From Alphaproteobacteria bacterium (GTDB lineage: Bacteria > Pseudomonadota > Gammaproteobacteria > JAGOUN01): DNA of 64,000 nucleotides. Both the position numbers and the translations under genes were made by a program. Below are positions 1 to 10,941 of the stretch, one piece after another (the stretch's first letter is position 1; each line of letters starts with the position of its first letter). The stretch is from the NCBI GenBank assembly GCA_021151585.1, contig JAGKWX010000003.1, positions 501 to 64,500 of the forward strand, read 5' to 3'. The notes under the pieces are model-generated. The model was given only the letters and a program-made list of their open reading frames with translations. It had not been told where the DNA came from and did no database searches.

Positions 1-645
1 AATCATGGTAATGCGTTTATCGCCTGCAATAATTTCGGGTAAAAAACGTTGTGCCATGACTAGCTCTTGGCTATGTTTGGTTGAGGTTTCTAGAATGACA
101 TTTTTATTTTTATCAGAACGCTCCAAATAAAAAATGCCACGCCCGCCCATACCATCTAATGGTTTAATAATAATACGAGACTGTTCCGTTAAAAAACTCT
201 GAAGTTGTGATATATTTTTACTGACCAGTGTCGGTGGGCACAATGTTGGAAACCATTGTGCAAATAATTTTTCATTGCAATCTCGAATGCTGCTCGGTTT
301 ATTAATAATGCGCACGCCTGTTTTTTCTACGATGTCCAAGAGATGTGTCATATAAATATATGACATATTAAAAGGTGGGTCGAGTCGCATCCAAATGATA
401 TCCATGCTTGCCAGTGGCTGATCGTGTGGTCGATCGATATAATCAAACCACTGTTGCTGATCATCTGTCACAGTTATGCAACAAATATTGGCATAAACAT
501 TGCCATCACGTAAAAAAACAGTATGTGCATTTGCGTAATAAATTTGATTGCCAGTCTTTTGTGCTGCAAGCATAACAGCGAAAGTACTATCTTTTTTTAT
601 ATTAATCGACTCGATTGGGTCCATGATGAAAAGCATTTTTTTCAT
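1..645 (-). CDS. gshB: Glutathione synthetase, N-terminal ~215 aa; the C-terminus lies beyond the window start
   Basis: Minus-strand translation from 645 reads MKKMLFIMDPIESINIKKDSTFAVMLAAQKTGNQIYYANAHTVFLRDGNVYAN..., which matches the prokaryotic GshB N-terminus (E. coli MIKLGIVMDPIANINIKKDSSFAMLLEAQ). Its ATG overlaps the upstream gene's TGA as ATGA. Confidence 0.8.
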   Translation of the reverse strand, partial: MKKMLFIMDPIESINIKKDSTFAVMLAAQKTGNQIYYANAHTVFLRDGNVYANICCITVTDDQQQWFDYIDRPHDQPLASMDIIWMRLDPPFNMSYIYMTHLLDIVEKTGVRIINKPSSIRDCNEKLFAQWFPTLCPPTLVSKNISQLQSFLTEQSRIIIKPLDGMGGRGIFYLERSDKNKNVILETSTKHSQELVMAQRFLPEIIAGDKRITMI

Positions 646-1928
646 TTTATATGTTCCTGTTCTCTTGCTGCTGCTAACATACTTAATCTTGCGACAACTC
701 CGTAAGCATAAAAACGATTTGGGCATTCATCGGGAGCGAGGGATTTGTCGGGTGAGTTACACGGTTTTGCAAATTGCAAGGGCTCGAATTCCATCCCGGG
801 AGCATTTAAGCTTTCTGAGCTGCTTTTGTTTTTATGTAAGCGATAAAACCCACCAATAACATACGGCCCCATCATGTAAATCACTGGTTCCGCAGTGCTG
901 TCTTCGAGGGCCTCAAAGCTATAAACTCCTTCTTGAATAATGACGCGGTGCACGGTTTTGCTGCCTTTTGATGCTGACATTTTTGTGCGTTGTTTGCGAT
1001 TTAATTGTCGAATGTCTTCTGCGCTTTTCACGGTCATAACACTCATGCCGTAAGTGCCTGCATCAGCTTTTACAATGACAAAGGGTTCGTGTTTTATATT
1101 ATATTGATCATATTTTTTTTGAATATCTACTAATAATTTTTCAACATTTTTTGACAAACAGTCTTCGCCGTCACGTTTCATGAAATCAACATTGCCACAA
1201 TAACGAAATAATGGATCTAAAAACCATGGATCAATATCAATAATTTTTGCAAACTCGGTGATGACATCGCGGTAATGTCCAAAATGAGCGGACTTCAAGC
1301 GGCTATGCCAGCCCAATTCCATGGGTGGACATACCGTTTGCTCTATATTTTTTAAGTAGTGAGGGATGCCGGAGGAGAGGTCATTGTTTAACCAGATAAT
1401 GCAGGGGTCAAAATCATCCACATATAGACGATTGTTTTTGCGCTGAATAGGTTCAACCAATACATGTTTATTGTGTGATAATTGTATTTTTTTTGTTTCA
1501 GGAAAGAAATCGGCATCTGCACCAATGCGCACTGAAAATCCTGCGGTTTCTAAAATGGTTAATAAAGTCCAAACATTTTCCCAATAAAATATATTACGCG
1601 AATGATTTTCAGGAATAAGTAAAATAGATTTACAGTAAGGATAGTATTGACTAATTAGGGCTTGCACGGATTGAATCGCTAAGGGTAGTAAGTCAGAACT
1701 TAAATTATTAAAACCAGCAGGATATAAATTCATATCAACTGGCGCTAATTTAAAGCCTGAATTGCGTAAATCTACCGACCCATAAATTGGCGCCGGTGTT
1801 TTCAACCATTGTTGACGAAACCATGCTTCGATGTTGGCTTGTTGTTCTAGCAATGATTTTTCTAAATATTGCAGGGGGCCTATTTGTGCCGTTGCTAATC
1901 GAGGGGTTTTGATGTCGATGGGGTTCAT
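642..1928 (-). CDS. gshA: Putative glutamate--cysteine ligase (GshA-family, ~428 aa)
   Basis: A 428-aa ORF is translationally coupled (ATGA) directly upstream of gshB, the gshA-gshB arrangement seen in many proteobacteria. Assignment rests on size and synteny; no catalytic motif was verified. Confidence 0.5.
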   Translation of the reverse strand: MNPIDIKTPRLATAQIGPLQYLEKSLLEQQANIEAWFRQQWLKTPAPIYGSVDLRNSGFKLAPVDMNLYPAGFNNLSSDLLPLAIQSVQALISQYYPYCKSILLIPENHSRNIFYWENVWTLLTILETAGFSVRIGADADFFPETKKIQLSHNKHVLVEPIQRKNNRLYVDDFDPCIIWLNNDLSSGIPHYLKNIEQTVCPPMELGWHSRLKSAHFGHYRDVITEFAKIIDIDPWFLDPLFRYCGNVDFMKRDGEDCLSKNVEKLLVDIQKKYDQYNIKHEPFVIVKADAGTYGMSVMTVKSAEDIRQLNRKQRTKMSASKGSKTVHRVIIQEGVYSFEALEDSTAEPVIYMMGPYVIGGFYRLHKNKSSSESLNAPGMEFEPLQFAKPCNSPDKSLAPDECPNRFYAYGVVARLSMLAAAREQEHIK

Positions 1929-2150
1929 GAGGATGCCTTTTTTTATTGCAAGCGGGTACTAATCTACGCCTTCTTTTTCGTTATGTATAGCTACCTTGGC
2001 AGATTTCAACCATTTATGGAATTAACGGTGGTTAATCATTACTTATCAAGCGGTCGAAAGCAAAATTTTGCGAAATTTCGTGAATTAGGGCATATTATGG
2101 GGGAGGCCTCTGCTGCCATGTGAATAGCTTTCCAAATAAAAGGACAAATC

Positions 2151-2393
2151 ATGAACATACTTGCCGATTTCATGGCTCAATTGCCCTCAATTCAATTAAT
2201 GATTTTAGCTATCTCTGTTATCTTGCACATTTTATTTGCAGGCGCTGTAGCCAAAGATGCTGGAGATTTAAATAAACGTGGTTTTCAAACACAGTTGGTT
2301 TCAGGCGCCACTTGGGCATGTGCTACATTGATTGGCGGGCCATTGGTCGCCATTGGTTATTGGTTTATGCACCACTTGAAACTTTATAAATAG
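2151..2393 (+). CDS. Small hypothetical membrane protein (80 aa, two predicted TM helices)
   Basis: ORF with two hydrophobic helices (LMILAISVILHILFAGAV and WACATLIGGPLVAIGYWF); a possible -10 CATATTAT lies upstream. No homolog recognised. Confidence 0.4.
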   Translation: MNILADFMAQLPSIQLMILAISVILHILFAGAVAKDAGDLNKRGFQTQLVSGATWACATLIGGPLVAIGYWFMHHLKLYK

Positions 2394-2402
2394 CCCCCAT
2401 CT
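2375..2402 (+). promoter_or_regulatory. Sigma-32 (RpoH) heat-shock promoter for groES-groEL
   Basis: CTTGAAA (2375-2381), a 13-nt spacer, then CCCCATCT (2395-2402). This matches the sigma-32 consensus CTTGAAA-N13/14-CCCCATNT and the E. coli groE promoter layout. It sits about 140 nt upstream of groES. Confidence 0.6.
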
Positions 2403-2541
2403 AGATCTGCGAGAATGATAATGATTTATTGAATTTTTCGGGAACGCGCACCCTGTGCTGGGGGCTCCGGACCATCTATGGTTCGCATCTTCCTCAAATT
2501 CAATAAAGCATTATTTTAAATTATAAGCAAAGGAGAAAAAA

Positions 2542-2826
2542 ATGGGCATTCGTCTATTAGAAGATCGCGTACTTGTGCATCCGCAACAAGAAGAAAAGAG
2601 TTTAGGCGGGATTGTCATTCCAACCGCTGCGCAACAAAAATCTGATTCTGGCGTTGTTAAGGCTGTCGGTGTTGGTCGTCGTGATGACAAAGGTCAATTA
2701 ATTGCTATGACAGTCAAAGTCGGCGATAAAGTCATGTACGGCAAATATTCCGGAACAGAAATTAAATTAGATGGCGAAACTATGATGATCGTCAACGAAA
2801 AAGATATCATCGGTATTTTGGATTAA
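2542..2826 (+). CDS. groES: Co-chaperonin GroES (94 aa)
   Basis: MGIRLLEDRVLVHPQQEEKSLGGIVIP...KVGDKVMYGKYSGTEIKLDGETMMIVNEKDIIGILD has the GroES length and motifs, sits directly upstream of groEL, and has an RBS aaaggag upstream. Confidence 0.92.
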   Translation: MGIRLLEDRVLVHPQQEEKSLGGIVIPTAAQQKSDSGVVKAVGVGRRDDKGQLIAMTVKVGDKVMYGKYSGTEIKLDGETMMIVNEKDIIGILD

Positions 2827-2853
2827 AAAAACGTAGGGGTGGGCTTGCGCTGA

Positions 2854-4578
<1,725 letters not shown>

Positions 4579-4725
4579 TTTTTGGCCCATAGCCGCGTTT
4601 CGCGCTTGGTGCGCATCCTGGTGTACGCCTACGTACACTGCGCTGCTCACCGACGCGGGCGACTTGCTGTGAACCAAAATTCTTTAAACAGCCCAGTCGA
4701 GCAGTCTTCTTGTATTCGACCTGTG

Positions 4726-4752
4726 AAACCCGGCTTCGGCCGGGTTTTTTAT
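4726..4752 (+). terminator. Rho-independent terminator downstream of groESL
   Basis: Perfect 7-bp stem ACCCGGC/GCCGGGT (4728-4734 and 4739-4745), loop TTCG, followed by a run of six or more T. Confidence 0.6.
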
Positions 4753-5058
4753 TTATGCTGAGAAACTGTAATTTTTTTAGACGATCGTTTGTTTGTCTGG
4801 GTGCATGCTGGTAATCGTGATAAATTCTCAGGTCTTGCCGTTACACTCATCGATAATGATGATTTTTCTATGGTTATGCAACGTGCTTTAGCATTAACGT
4901 GGATGCGCGATTCATTCGATCGCTTAATCGCTATGATATTAACACTTCAGCAGATACGATAATCTTGAAACATTACAGCGATGCTGTTTGGGAATGATGA
5001 CTTATATGTTACATTTAAGTTAACATGTTGAAAGTCGGGTTTAGCGGAACGCATACAC

Positions 5059-5706
5059 ATGATCAAAAAAATTTATATTTTTATACTTAGTTTTTTCTGT
5101 ATTTTTCTGATTGCTGCCTGCGGCTCACACTCTGCTACATCATCATCGCCAGTATCCACATCGCGCGCAGATTTATATTCGAATACGCTGTTATCACCCA
5201 ATGAAATTCATGCTGATTCATATTTTCCTTTGAATAAGACGTTGGTTTCCAATATCCGTGCTGTTGGCGGCGAGGTGTATCAATCTGGGAGTTTTGTGAC
5301 CATTGTGATTCCGGCGGACGCTTTATTTGAACCGAGTACATCGGTGATGTTGTTAAATGCCGATAAATTAATTGTTGATGTTGCAAAAATTATTGTGCGC
5401 TTTCCACATGAACAGGTGATTATCACCGCCCATACCGATAATATTGGTTCTGAATTTTCGCAGGCAAAATTAACACGAACTCAAGCGCAATTATTTGCAA
5501 TCATGTTATGGCAACAAGATGCGATTGATTTAAAAACATTTCAGCGTTTTAAATATGCTGGCATGGCTGATTCACAGCCTATTACTGATGATCCATCCCC
5601 GCATGGCCAAGCGTTGAATCGTCGCGTTCAAGTGACTGTCTACCCAACTAAGGATATGGAAGAGGCTTATCAAGCCTTGGGGAATCCTGATCTATATCAA
5701 GTGTAG
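5059..5706 (+). CDS. OmpA-family lipoprotein (215 aa)
   Basis: Signal peptide with lipobox LIAAC. C-terminal OmpA-like peptidoglycan-binding domain (ITAHTDNIGS...QAKLTRTQAQ...GMADSQPITDDPSPHGQALNRRVQVTV). Confidence 0.7.
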   Translation: MIKKIYIFILSFFCIFLIAACGSHSATSSSPVSTSRADLYSNTLLSPNEIHADSYFPLNKTLVSNIRAVGGEVYQSGSFVTIVIPADALFEPSTSVMLLNADKLIVDVAKIIVRFPHEQVIITAHTDNIGSEFSQAKLTRTQAQLFAIMLWQQDAIDLKTFQRFKYAGMADSQPITDDPSPHGQALNRRVQVTVYPTKDMEEAYQALGNPDLYQV

Positions 5707-6363
5707 GTGTATATGCCATTAACCACAATCCAGTTTATTGCAGCGGCGATTATCCCTGTTTTATTTGCCATCACCTTGCATGAAGTGGCGCATGGTTATG
5801 TTGCCAATTATTTTGGTGATTCCAGTGCTAAAATGCTCGGACGCTTGAGCTTGAATCCGATCAAGCATATTGATGTTGTGGGAACGATTATAGTGCCCGC
5901 GATTTTATTAGCCTTGGGAGGTTTTGTTTTTGGGTGGGCTAAGTCGGTGCCGGTGAATCCACGAAATTTAAAACATGCTCGCTATAATATGATGGCAGTT
6001 GCCGCAGCTGGCCCGCTAATGAATGGCGTGATGGCATTATTTTGGGCTGCAGTTTTAAAAATCACTGTGCAGTTTTTTTCAGATCAAACGATGTGCTTTG
6101 CTTTTATTCAATCCATGTCAATGATTGGGGTGCAAATTAATGTGGTATTAATGATATTGAATTTTCTTCCGATTCCACCGCTAGATGGCAGTAAAATTAT
6201 TATGGGCTTATTGCCCGGTCCTGTAGCGTATAAATTTAGTTTATTAGAATCTTACGGTTTTTTGCTCATATTGGTGTTGCTGTATTTTGGTATTTTAAGC
6301 GCTATGCTAAATCCGTTAATCAGTTTTTTTATGAGTGGCTTGAGCTGGCTATTTCACCTGTAA
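5707..6363 (+). CDS. Site-2 protease family (peptidase M50-like) membrane zinc metalloprotease, 218 aa
   Basis: HEVAH zinc motif within TM1, then GRLSLNPIKHIDVVGT; resembles YwhC-type M50B proteins. Start abuts the stop of the upstream lipoprotein gene. Confidence 0.7.
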   Translation: MYMPLTTIQFIAAAIIPVLFAITLHEVAHGYVANYFGDSSAKMLGRLSLNPIKHIDVVGTIIVPAILLALGGFVFGWAKSVPVNPRNLKHARYNMMAVAAAGPLMNGVMALFWAAVLKITVQFFSDQTMCFAFIQSMSMIGVQINVVLMILNFLPIPPLDGSKIIMGLLPGPVAYKFSLLESYGFLLILVLLYFGILSAMLNPLISFFMSGLSWLFHL

Positions 6364-6483
6364 TTTTCTTAACAAAAGGTGTTGGCGGTTTTTTATCACA
6401 TTTCGCCTGAAGTGAGCGCGAATAAGCGCAAGCAAGAGGTTTGTAACCACTGTTCGCGGGAATCATGCTCTCGTCTTGGCCGG

Positions 6484-7365
6484 TTAGTAGGGGGATTGCT
6501 CTGTTGCAACCGCCATCACTGCTTTAATCTTTTTAAATGCGGCAGCTTCAATTTGGCGAATGCGCTCTGCGGACACGCCTAATTTTGCAGCAAGCTCATG
6601 TAGTGTCAGTTTTGCATCAGAGAGCCAGCGGGCGCTTAAAATCATTTTTGAGCGCTCATCAAGGGTTTCTAATGCCTGATGAAGTAATTCTTGACGCATT
6701 TTTTCGCTAGTATTTTGCGCCAAAGCTATTTCTGGGTTAGCAGTTTGGTCTTCGAGATATTGCGCGGGAACAAGCGCTGATTCTTCGCCATCGCTGTCAG
6801 GAGTTGCGTCAAATGAAGCGTCTATCGAATTTAATCGCGCTTCCATTTGCATGACTTGTTCTGGCTCAACGCCTAAATCTTGAGCAACATCATTGATTTC
6901 TTGTTTAGAAAACCAGCCTAGCCGTGTTTTCATTCTGCGTAAGTTAAAAAATAGCTTACGTTGAGCTTTGGTTGTTGCGATTTTTACAATTCGCCAGTTC
7001 TTAATGATGAATTCATGAATTTCAGCTTTTATCCAATGTACAGCAAATGAAACTAAACGTACGCCAATATCTGGGTTAAAGCGTTGAACAGCTTTCATCA
7101 GCCCGATATTCCCTTCTTGAATCAAGTCGCCTAAAGCCAATCCGTAGCCACTGTAACCACGTGCAATTTTAATGACATAGCGTAGATGCGGCAGAATGAG
7201 GTCTTTCGCAGCGCTCAGGTCGCCATCGATAAACAACTTTCTGGCATAATTTTGCTCATCTTCCAATGACAGCATGGGAATCTGATTTGCATAATGAATA
7301 TAATTATCCAGGCTAGATGCTGGTAGGGTAGGCGTATAAACGCGTAAAGCAGTTGTTAAACTCAT
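6484..7365 (-). CDS. rpoH: RNA polymerase sigma-32 factor RpoH
   Basis: RpoH box QRKLFFNLR present; region 2 (DLIQEGNIGLMKAVQRFNP) and region 4 HTH (LHELAAKLGVSAERIRQIE) present. Confidence 0.92.
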   Translation of the reverse strand: MSLTTALRVYTPTLPASSLDNYIHYANQIPMLSLEDEQNYARKLFIDGDLSAAKDLILPHLRYVIKIARGYSGYGLALGDLIQEGNIGLMKAVQRFNPDIGVRLVSFAVHWIKAEIHEFIIKNWRIVKIATTKAQRKLFFNLRRMKTRLGWFSKQEINDVAQDLGVEPEQVMQMEARLNSIDASFDATPDSDGEESALVPAQYLEDQTANPEIALAQNTSEKMRQELLHQALETLDERSKMILSARWLSDAKLTLHELAAKLGVSAERIRQIEAAAFKKIKAVMAVATEQSPY

Positions 7366-7510
7366 AGTGTTTCACCTCTTGCACGCTATTATAAGATATT
7401 TTAAATTTATTGCAAAATTTATTCCGAAACTAATTATAATTTTTATCTCATATGAGCTACCATAGGTTCAGAAAAGTAGAGAGGTATGTTATGACTAAGG
7501 TGGCGTTTTT

Positions 7511-7789
7511 ATGAAAAACTGGTTTACGGAACACCCTCGTTCTGTCAATGAAACCTATTGGCAACATTGTTGTTTTTCTCTGTCTAGCGGAGTTCGTCTA
7601 TTTATTGCTGCTTTGGCCGCACTTGTTCACGCTATTTTTCCGTTTTTATTTGTTTACACAGTTTCTCAACTAGTTGCGAAGATGGCCAGCATTTATTGCC
7701 AAGGGGAAAGACGAGATGGCTTTCTTAATAAAGTCAATGGGTATTTAGATCCGTCAGAGAAATGCTGTATTTATAAGGATAAACAATGA
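7511..7789 (+). CDS. Hypothetical small protein (92 aa, one TM, Cys-rich)
   Basis: ORF whose stop overlaps the ATG of the downstream oxidoreductase (ATGA at 7786-7789), suggesting a co-translated pair. No homolog recognised. Confidence 0.35.
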   Translation: MKNWFTEHPRSVNETYWQHCCFSLSSGVRLFIAALAALVHAIFPFLFVYTVSQLVAKMASIYCQGERRDGFLNKVNGYLDPSEKCCIYKDKQ

Positions 7790-8835
7790 TATCAGCGCAG
7801 TGGACAATTGTAGGTGCTGGGCCTGCAGGTATATTAGCCGTTGGTCGCTTGCTAGACGCAGGTGTAGCTGTAAATGAAATTCTATGGCTTGATCCTGAGT
7901 TTAAAGTTGGTGATTTTGGTAAATATTGGTCACAGGTACCGAGTAATACGCGGGTTGAATTATTCACAAACTTTTTGTTATCTACGCAGTCTTTTGATTA
8001 TGACGATTGCCCCGTTGATATATCATTGACACAGTTAAATCAACAAGATGGTTGCTTGCTAGGTGATATGACGAAAGCATTGCAGTGGGTTAGCGATGGT
8101 TTGTGTGATAAAGTAGCCCATAAGAAATGTTTAGTAGAATCGTTGCATCACGTTGATAATGGCTGGTTGTTAACAACTGATATGCCAGAGACGGTTTTTT
8201 CCAAAAATGTCATTTTAGCTACAGGCGCTGAGCCCAAAAAATTAAATTACGATGTTCAAAAAAATGAAATCGATCTTTTTATTGCGCTTAATCCATTGCT
8301 GTTGAAAAGCAAGGTTGCAGCGAAAGAACACGTTGTTGTCTTTGGTGCTTCACATTCTGGTGTCTTGGTAATAAAAAATTTGCTAGAGGCTGGATGTCGC
8401 GTCACTAATTTTTATCGCTCACCGATAAAATATGCGTTACATCAAGATGATCATATTATTTATGACAATACTGGTTTAAAGGGGGTGGCGGCACGTTGGG
8501 CAAAAGAGCATTTGCATGGCCAGGAAATTTCAAATTTAAAGCGGTGCTACTTTTCTGATGATGTTGTATTAGAATCTTTTCTGCATGATGTTGATCATGT
8601 CGTGTATGCTACGGGTTTTTCACCGCGGTTAATAGCGTCATCGCACGTTGATAGCCGTTGTTATGATGCGCGCACGGGTATTATTGCGCCAGGATTGTTT
8701 GGCTTAGGCATAGCTTACCCAGAAGAAGTTGTCGATCGTTATGGTATTCGCGAACACAGTATTGGTTTATTCAAATTTTCTAATTATATGACTAAAGTTT
8801 TGCCTTTATGGTTGCGGTATGCTGGCCTCTGTTGA
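7786..8835 (+). CDS. FAD/NAD(P)-binding oxidoreductase (flavin monooxygenase-like, 349 aa)
   Basis: Two Rossmann dinucleotide motifs (IVGAGPAGILAVGRL at the N-terminus; VVVFGASHSGVLVI in the middle) and a C-terminal ATGFSPR motif typical of two-dinucleotide-binding flavoproteins. Confidence 0.6.
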   Translation: MISAQWTIVGAGPAGILAVGRLLDAGVAVNEILWLDPEFKVGDFGKYWSQVPSNTRVELFTNFLLSTQSFDYDDCPVDISLTQLNQQDGCLLGDMTKALQWVSDGLCDKVAHKKCLVESLHHVDNGWLLTTDMPETVFSKNVILATGAEPKKLNYDVQKNEIDLFIALNPLLLKSKVAAKEHVVVFGASHSGVLVIKNLLEAGCRVTNFYRSPIKYALHQDDHIIYDNTGLKGVAARWAKEHLHGQEISNLKRCYFSDDVVLESFLHDVDHVVYATGFSPRLIASSHVDSRCYDARTGIIAPGLFGLGIAYPEEVVDRYGIREHSIGLFKFSNYMTKVLPLWLRYAGLC

Positions 8836-8994
8836 TGTTTTCTGATGAGCTTCTATTCTGCTTTGACCGACCCCGCCCTACAGAAAAAATAACGACCATA
8901 TCAGCCCAGGCTGCGCTGGCATGGTCATTATTGTTGTTTCAGGTTGTGTGTAGGAGTTGCAAACACAATGTGTCAACGAATCTGAGATCTTTTA

Positions 8995-9918
8995 TTATTT
9001 TTGTATATGCAAACGATAATGCCTAACAATAAGCGCGGCAACAATCAATGTCATCCAGCAACCAAGCTGGTTTACAAAAACATCGGAACCGGTTAAGTGA
9101 AAATGTTCAGGTTTTAGATTTAGGAAAGTGAGTTGGTTAACCAGTTGATCTAGTAAGTGGGCAAAATAACTTACCCAGTAATCAGCAGCGATGCCTGTGA
9201 TTACGCCAAGTAGCACGCCTAAATAGACCATGGTGATTGAGGAGGTGTCTTGTAATGATTCGGGTAATAAAAAGTTTAATAAAACAACAATAATAACCAA
9301 GATGAGAAAAAATGAAATTGTCGTTGCAATTGCAAGTGAGGTTGAAATTGATGAGACAACGCTCAGGGCGTGATTAAGCCACTGGCCATTCATTACCACA
9401 TCGTCAACGCCGGGTAATTTTTCTAATTCTTTGGCTAATTGATTCAGTTGATTTATGCTTTGATTCGGCGTTGCCACTTTTAACATAATGACACCTGGGA
9501 TAGGGTTTTTATTAATGTAGTCATTGATCTTTTCAATGCCTGATTGTTTTTCAAATTCTTCTAATCCTTGATCAGGAGAGATATAGGCGACAAATTCTGT
9601 ATCGCCACGTGAATTTATTCCTGCGGTTAATTCTGTTATTTTTGCATCACTTAAGCCCGGAGTCAGATAAACACTGATTTCTGTGTTTTGATTAAGAGCA
9701 TTGTTAATGCTGCCGACCCCTTGTAGTAAATAGGTTAATGTTAACGGAAGAGCTAGTAAAATTGAGGTAAATACTATTAAAATAAAAAATCCGAATAAAT
9801 GATGGCTTAACAAATCCATAGCCTGCCATAATTCAGCCATGTGGGAACGCTTGCTTTTATAGCTAGATTTTTTTGTTATTCGCGACTCTATTTGATTCGA
9901 CTTTTTATAATCTTTCAT
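8995..9918 (-). CDS. ftsX: Cell division permease-like protein FtsX (307 aa)
   Basis: FtsX topology: TM1, a ~110-aa periplasmic loop, then three C-terminal TMs. It sits immediately downstream of ftsY with start and stop overlapping. It has no Walker A, so it is not FtsE. Confidence 0.7.
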   Translation of the reverse strand: MKDYKKSNQIESRITKKSSYKSKRSHMAELWQAMDLLSHHLFGFFILIVFTSILLALPLTLTYLLQGVGSINNALNQNTEISVYLTPGLSDAKITELTAGINSRGDTEFVAYISPDQGLEEFEKQSGIEKINDYINKNPIPGVIMLKVATPNQSINQLNQLAKELEKLPGVDDVVMNGQWLNHALSVVSSISTSLAIATTISFFLILVIIVVLLNFLLPESLQDTSSITMVYLGVLLGVITGIAADYWVSYFAHLLDQLVNQLTFLNLKPEHFHLTGSDVFVNQLGCWMTLIVAALIVRHYRLHIQK

Positions 9919-10892
9919 TATTTTTGCTCTGTAAATATAGCTTTTACGACGCTTTCTGCGTCAAAAGGTTGCATGTCATCAATGTGTTCACCTACGCCTA
10001 TAAAGCGTATAGGGATTTCTAGCGTTTTCGCAATAGACAACAATATACCACCTTTGGCAGTGCCATCAAGTTTTGTCATGACAATCCCGGTAACGCCCAT
10101 GGCTGCATGAAACTCTTTGGCTTGTTGTAAAGCATTCTGACCGATACTAGCGTCTAAAACTAATAGGACTTCATGGGGCGCTTGTGAATCAATTTTTTGA
10201 ATAACCCGCTTAATTTTACTTAGTTCGGCCATTAAGCCTTGCTGAGTATGTAAACGACCAGCGGTATCAGCGATAACTATATCGGTTTTTCGAGCTTTGG
10301 CTGATTGTAAAGCATCAAAAATGACTGATGCACTATCTGCGCCATGTTGCTGCGCAATTACGGGCGTGTCATTCCGATTTCCCCACGCGGTTAATTGTTC
10401 TATTGCTGCAGCACGGAATGTATCGCCGGCAGCTAGCATGACAGATTTTCCTTCGTCTTTAAATCGTTTTGCTAATTTTCCAATCGTGGTTGTTTTTCCT
10501 GCACCGTTAATTCCAATCATTAGAATAACAAAGGGCGAATCTGCTGCCGGAATGGTTAGTATTTCTTGTCGCGCCCGCAACATATCTATCATGATTTGCT
10601 GTAATTCATGTTGCAATTCTTCGCCAGTCGTTAGTTTTTTTTGTTTTGCGTTAGATTTTAAGGTGTCAAGAATTTCGGTTGTCGCTTCTACCCCAACATC
10701 CGCTAATAACAGATGTGTTTCTAATGTTTCCAATGTTTCTTCATCAAGCTTGATTGAACCTGAGAAGAGTTGGATCAAGCCACTGCTTAATTGGCGACGT
10801 GTTTTACTAAAGCCTTGCGATAAACGTTGTAGCCATGAAGTTTTTTCTGTTGTTTCTTCATTTTTTTGGTTTTTTTTGAGAAAATTTAGCAT
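9918..10892 (-). CDS. ftsY: Signal recognition particle receptor FtsY (short form, ~324 aa)
   Basis: NG domain with GINGAGKTTTIGKLA (G1), DTAGR, TKLDGTAKGG and LDASIGQNA motifs. Start taken at MLNFLKK (10890-10892); the listed ORF extends 17 codons further upstream. Confidence 0.9.
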   Translation of the reverse strand: MLNFLKKNQKNEETTEKTSWLQRLSQGFSKTRRQLSSGLIQLFSGSIKLDEETLETLETHLLLADVGVEATTEILDTLKSNAKQKKLTTGEELQHELQQIMIDMLRARQEILTIPAADSPFVILMIGINGAGKTTTIGKLAKRFKDEGKSVMLAAGDTFRAAAIEQLTAWGNRNDTPVIAQQHGADSASVIFDALQSAKARKTDIVIADTAGRLHTQQGLMAELSKIKRVIQKIDSQAPHEVLLVLDASIGQNALQQAKEFHAAMGVTGIVMTKLDGTAKGGILLSIAKTLEIPIRFIGVGEHIDDMQPFDAESVVKAIFTEQK

Positions 10893-10941
10893 AATACAAC
10901 CATCTGTCTTTTTATGACCTAAATAATACTGAGAAATACAC

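Noticed and set aside
523-859. Plus-strand ORFs of 60 and 103 aa across the gshB/gshA junction
   Set aside because: They are antisense to the two glutathione genes, whose minus-strand frames give strong homology.
6364-6483. Possible terminator between the M50 protease gene and rpoH
   Set aside because: Only a weak GCGC-N6-GCGC palindrome and a T-run without a convincing stem were found; it cannot be supported.
10297-10917. 206-aa plus-strand ORF
   Set aside because: It lies entirely within ftsY on the opposite strand. The Cys/Ser-rich low-complexity translation is typical of a shadow frame.
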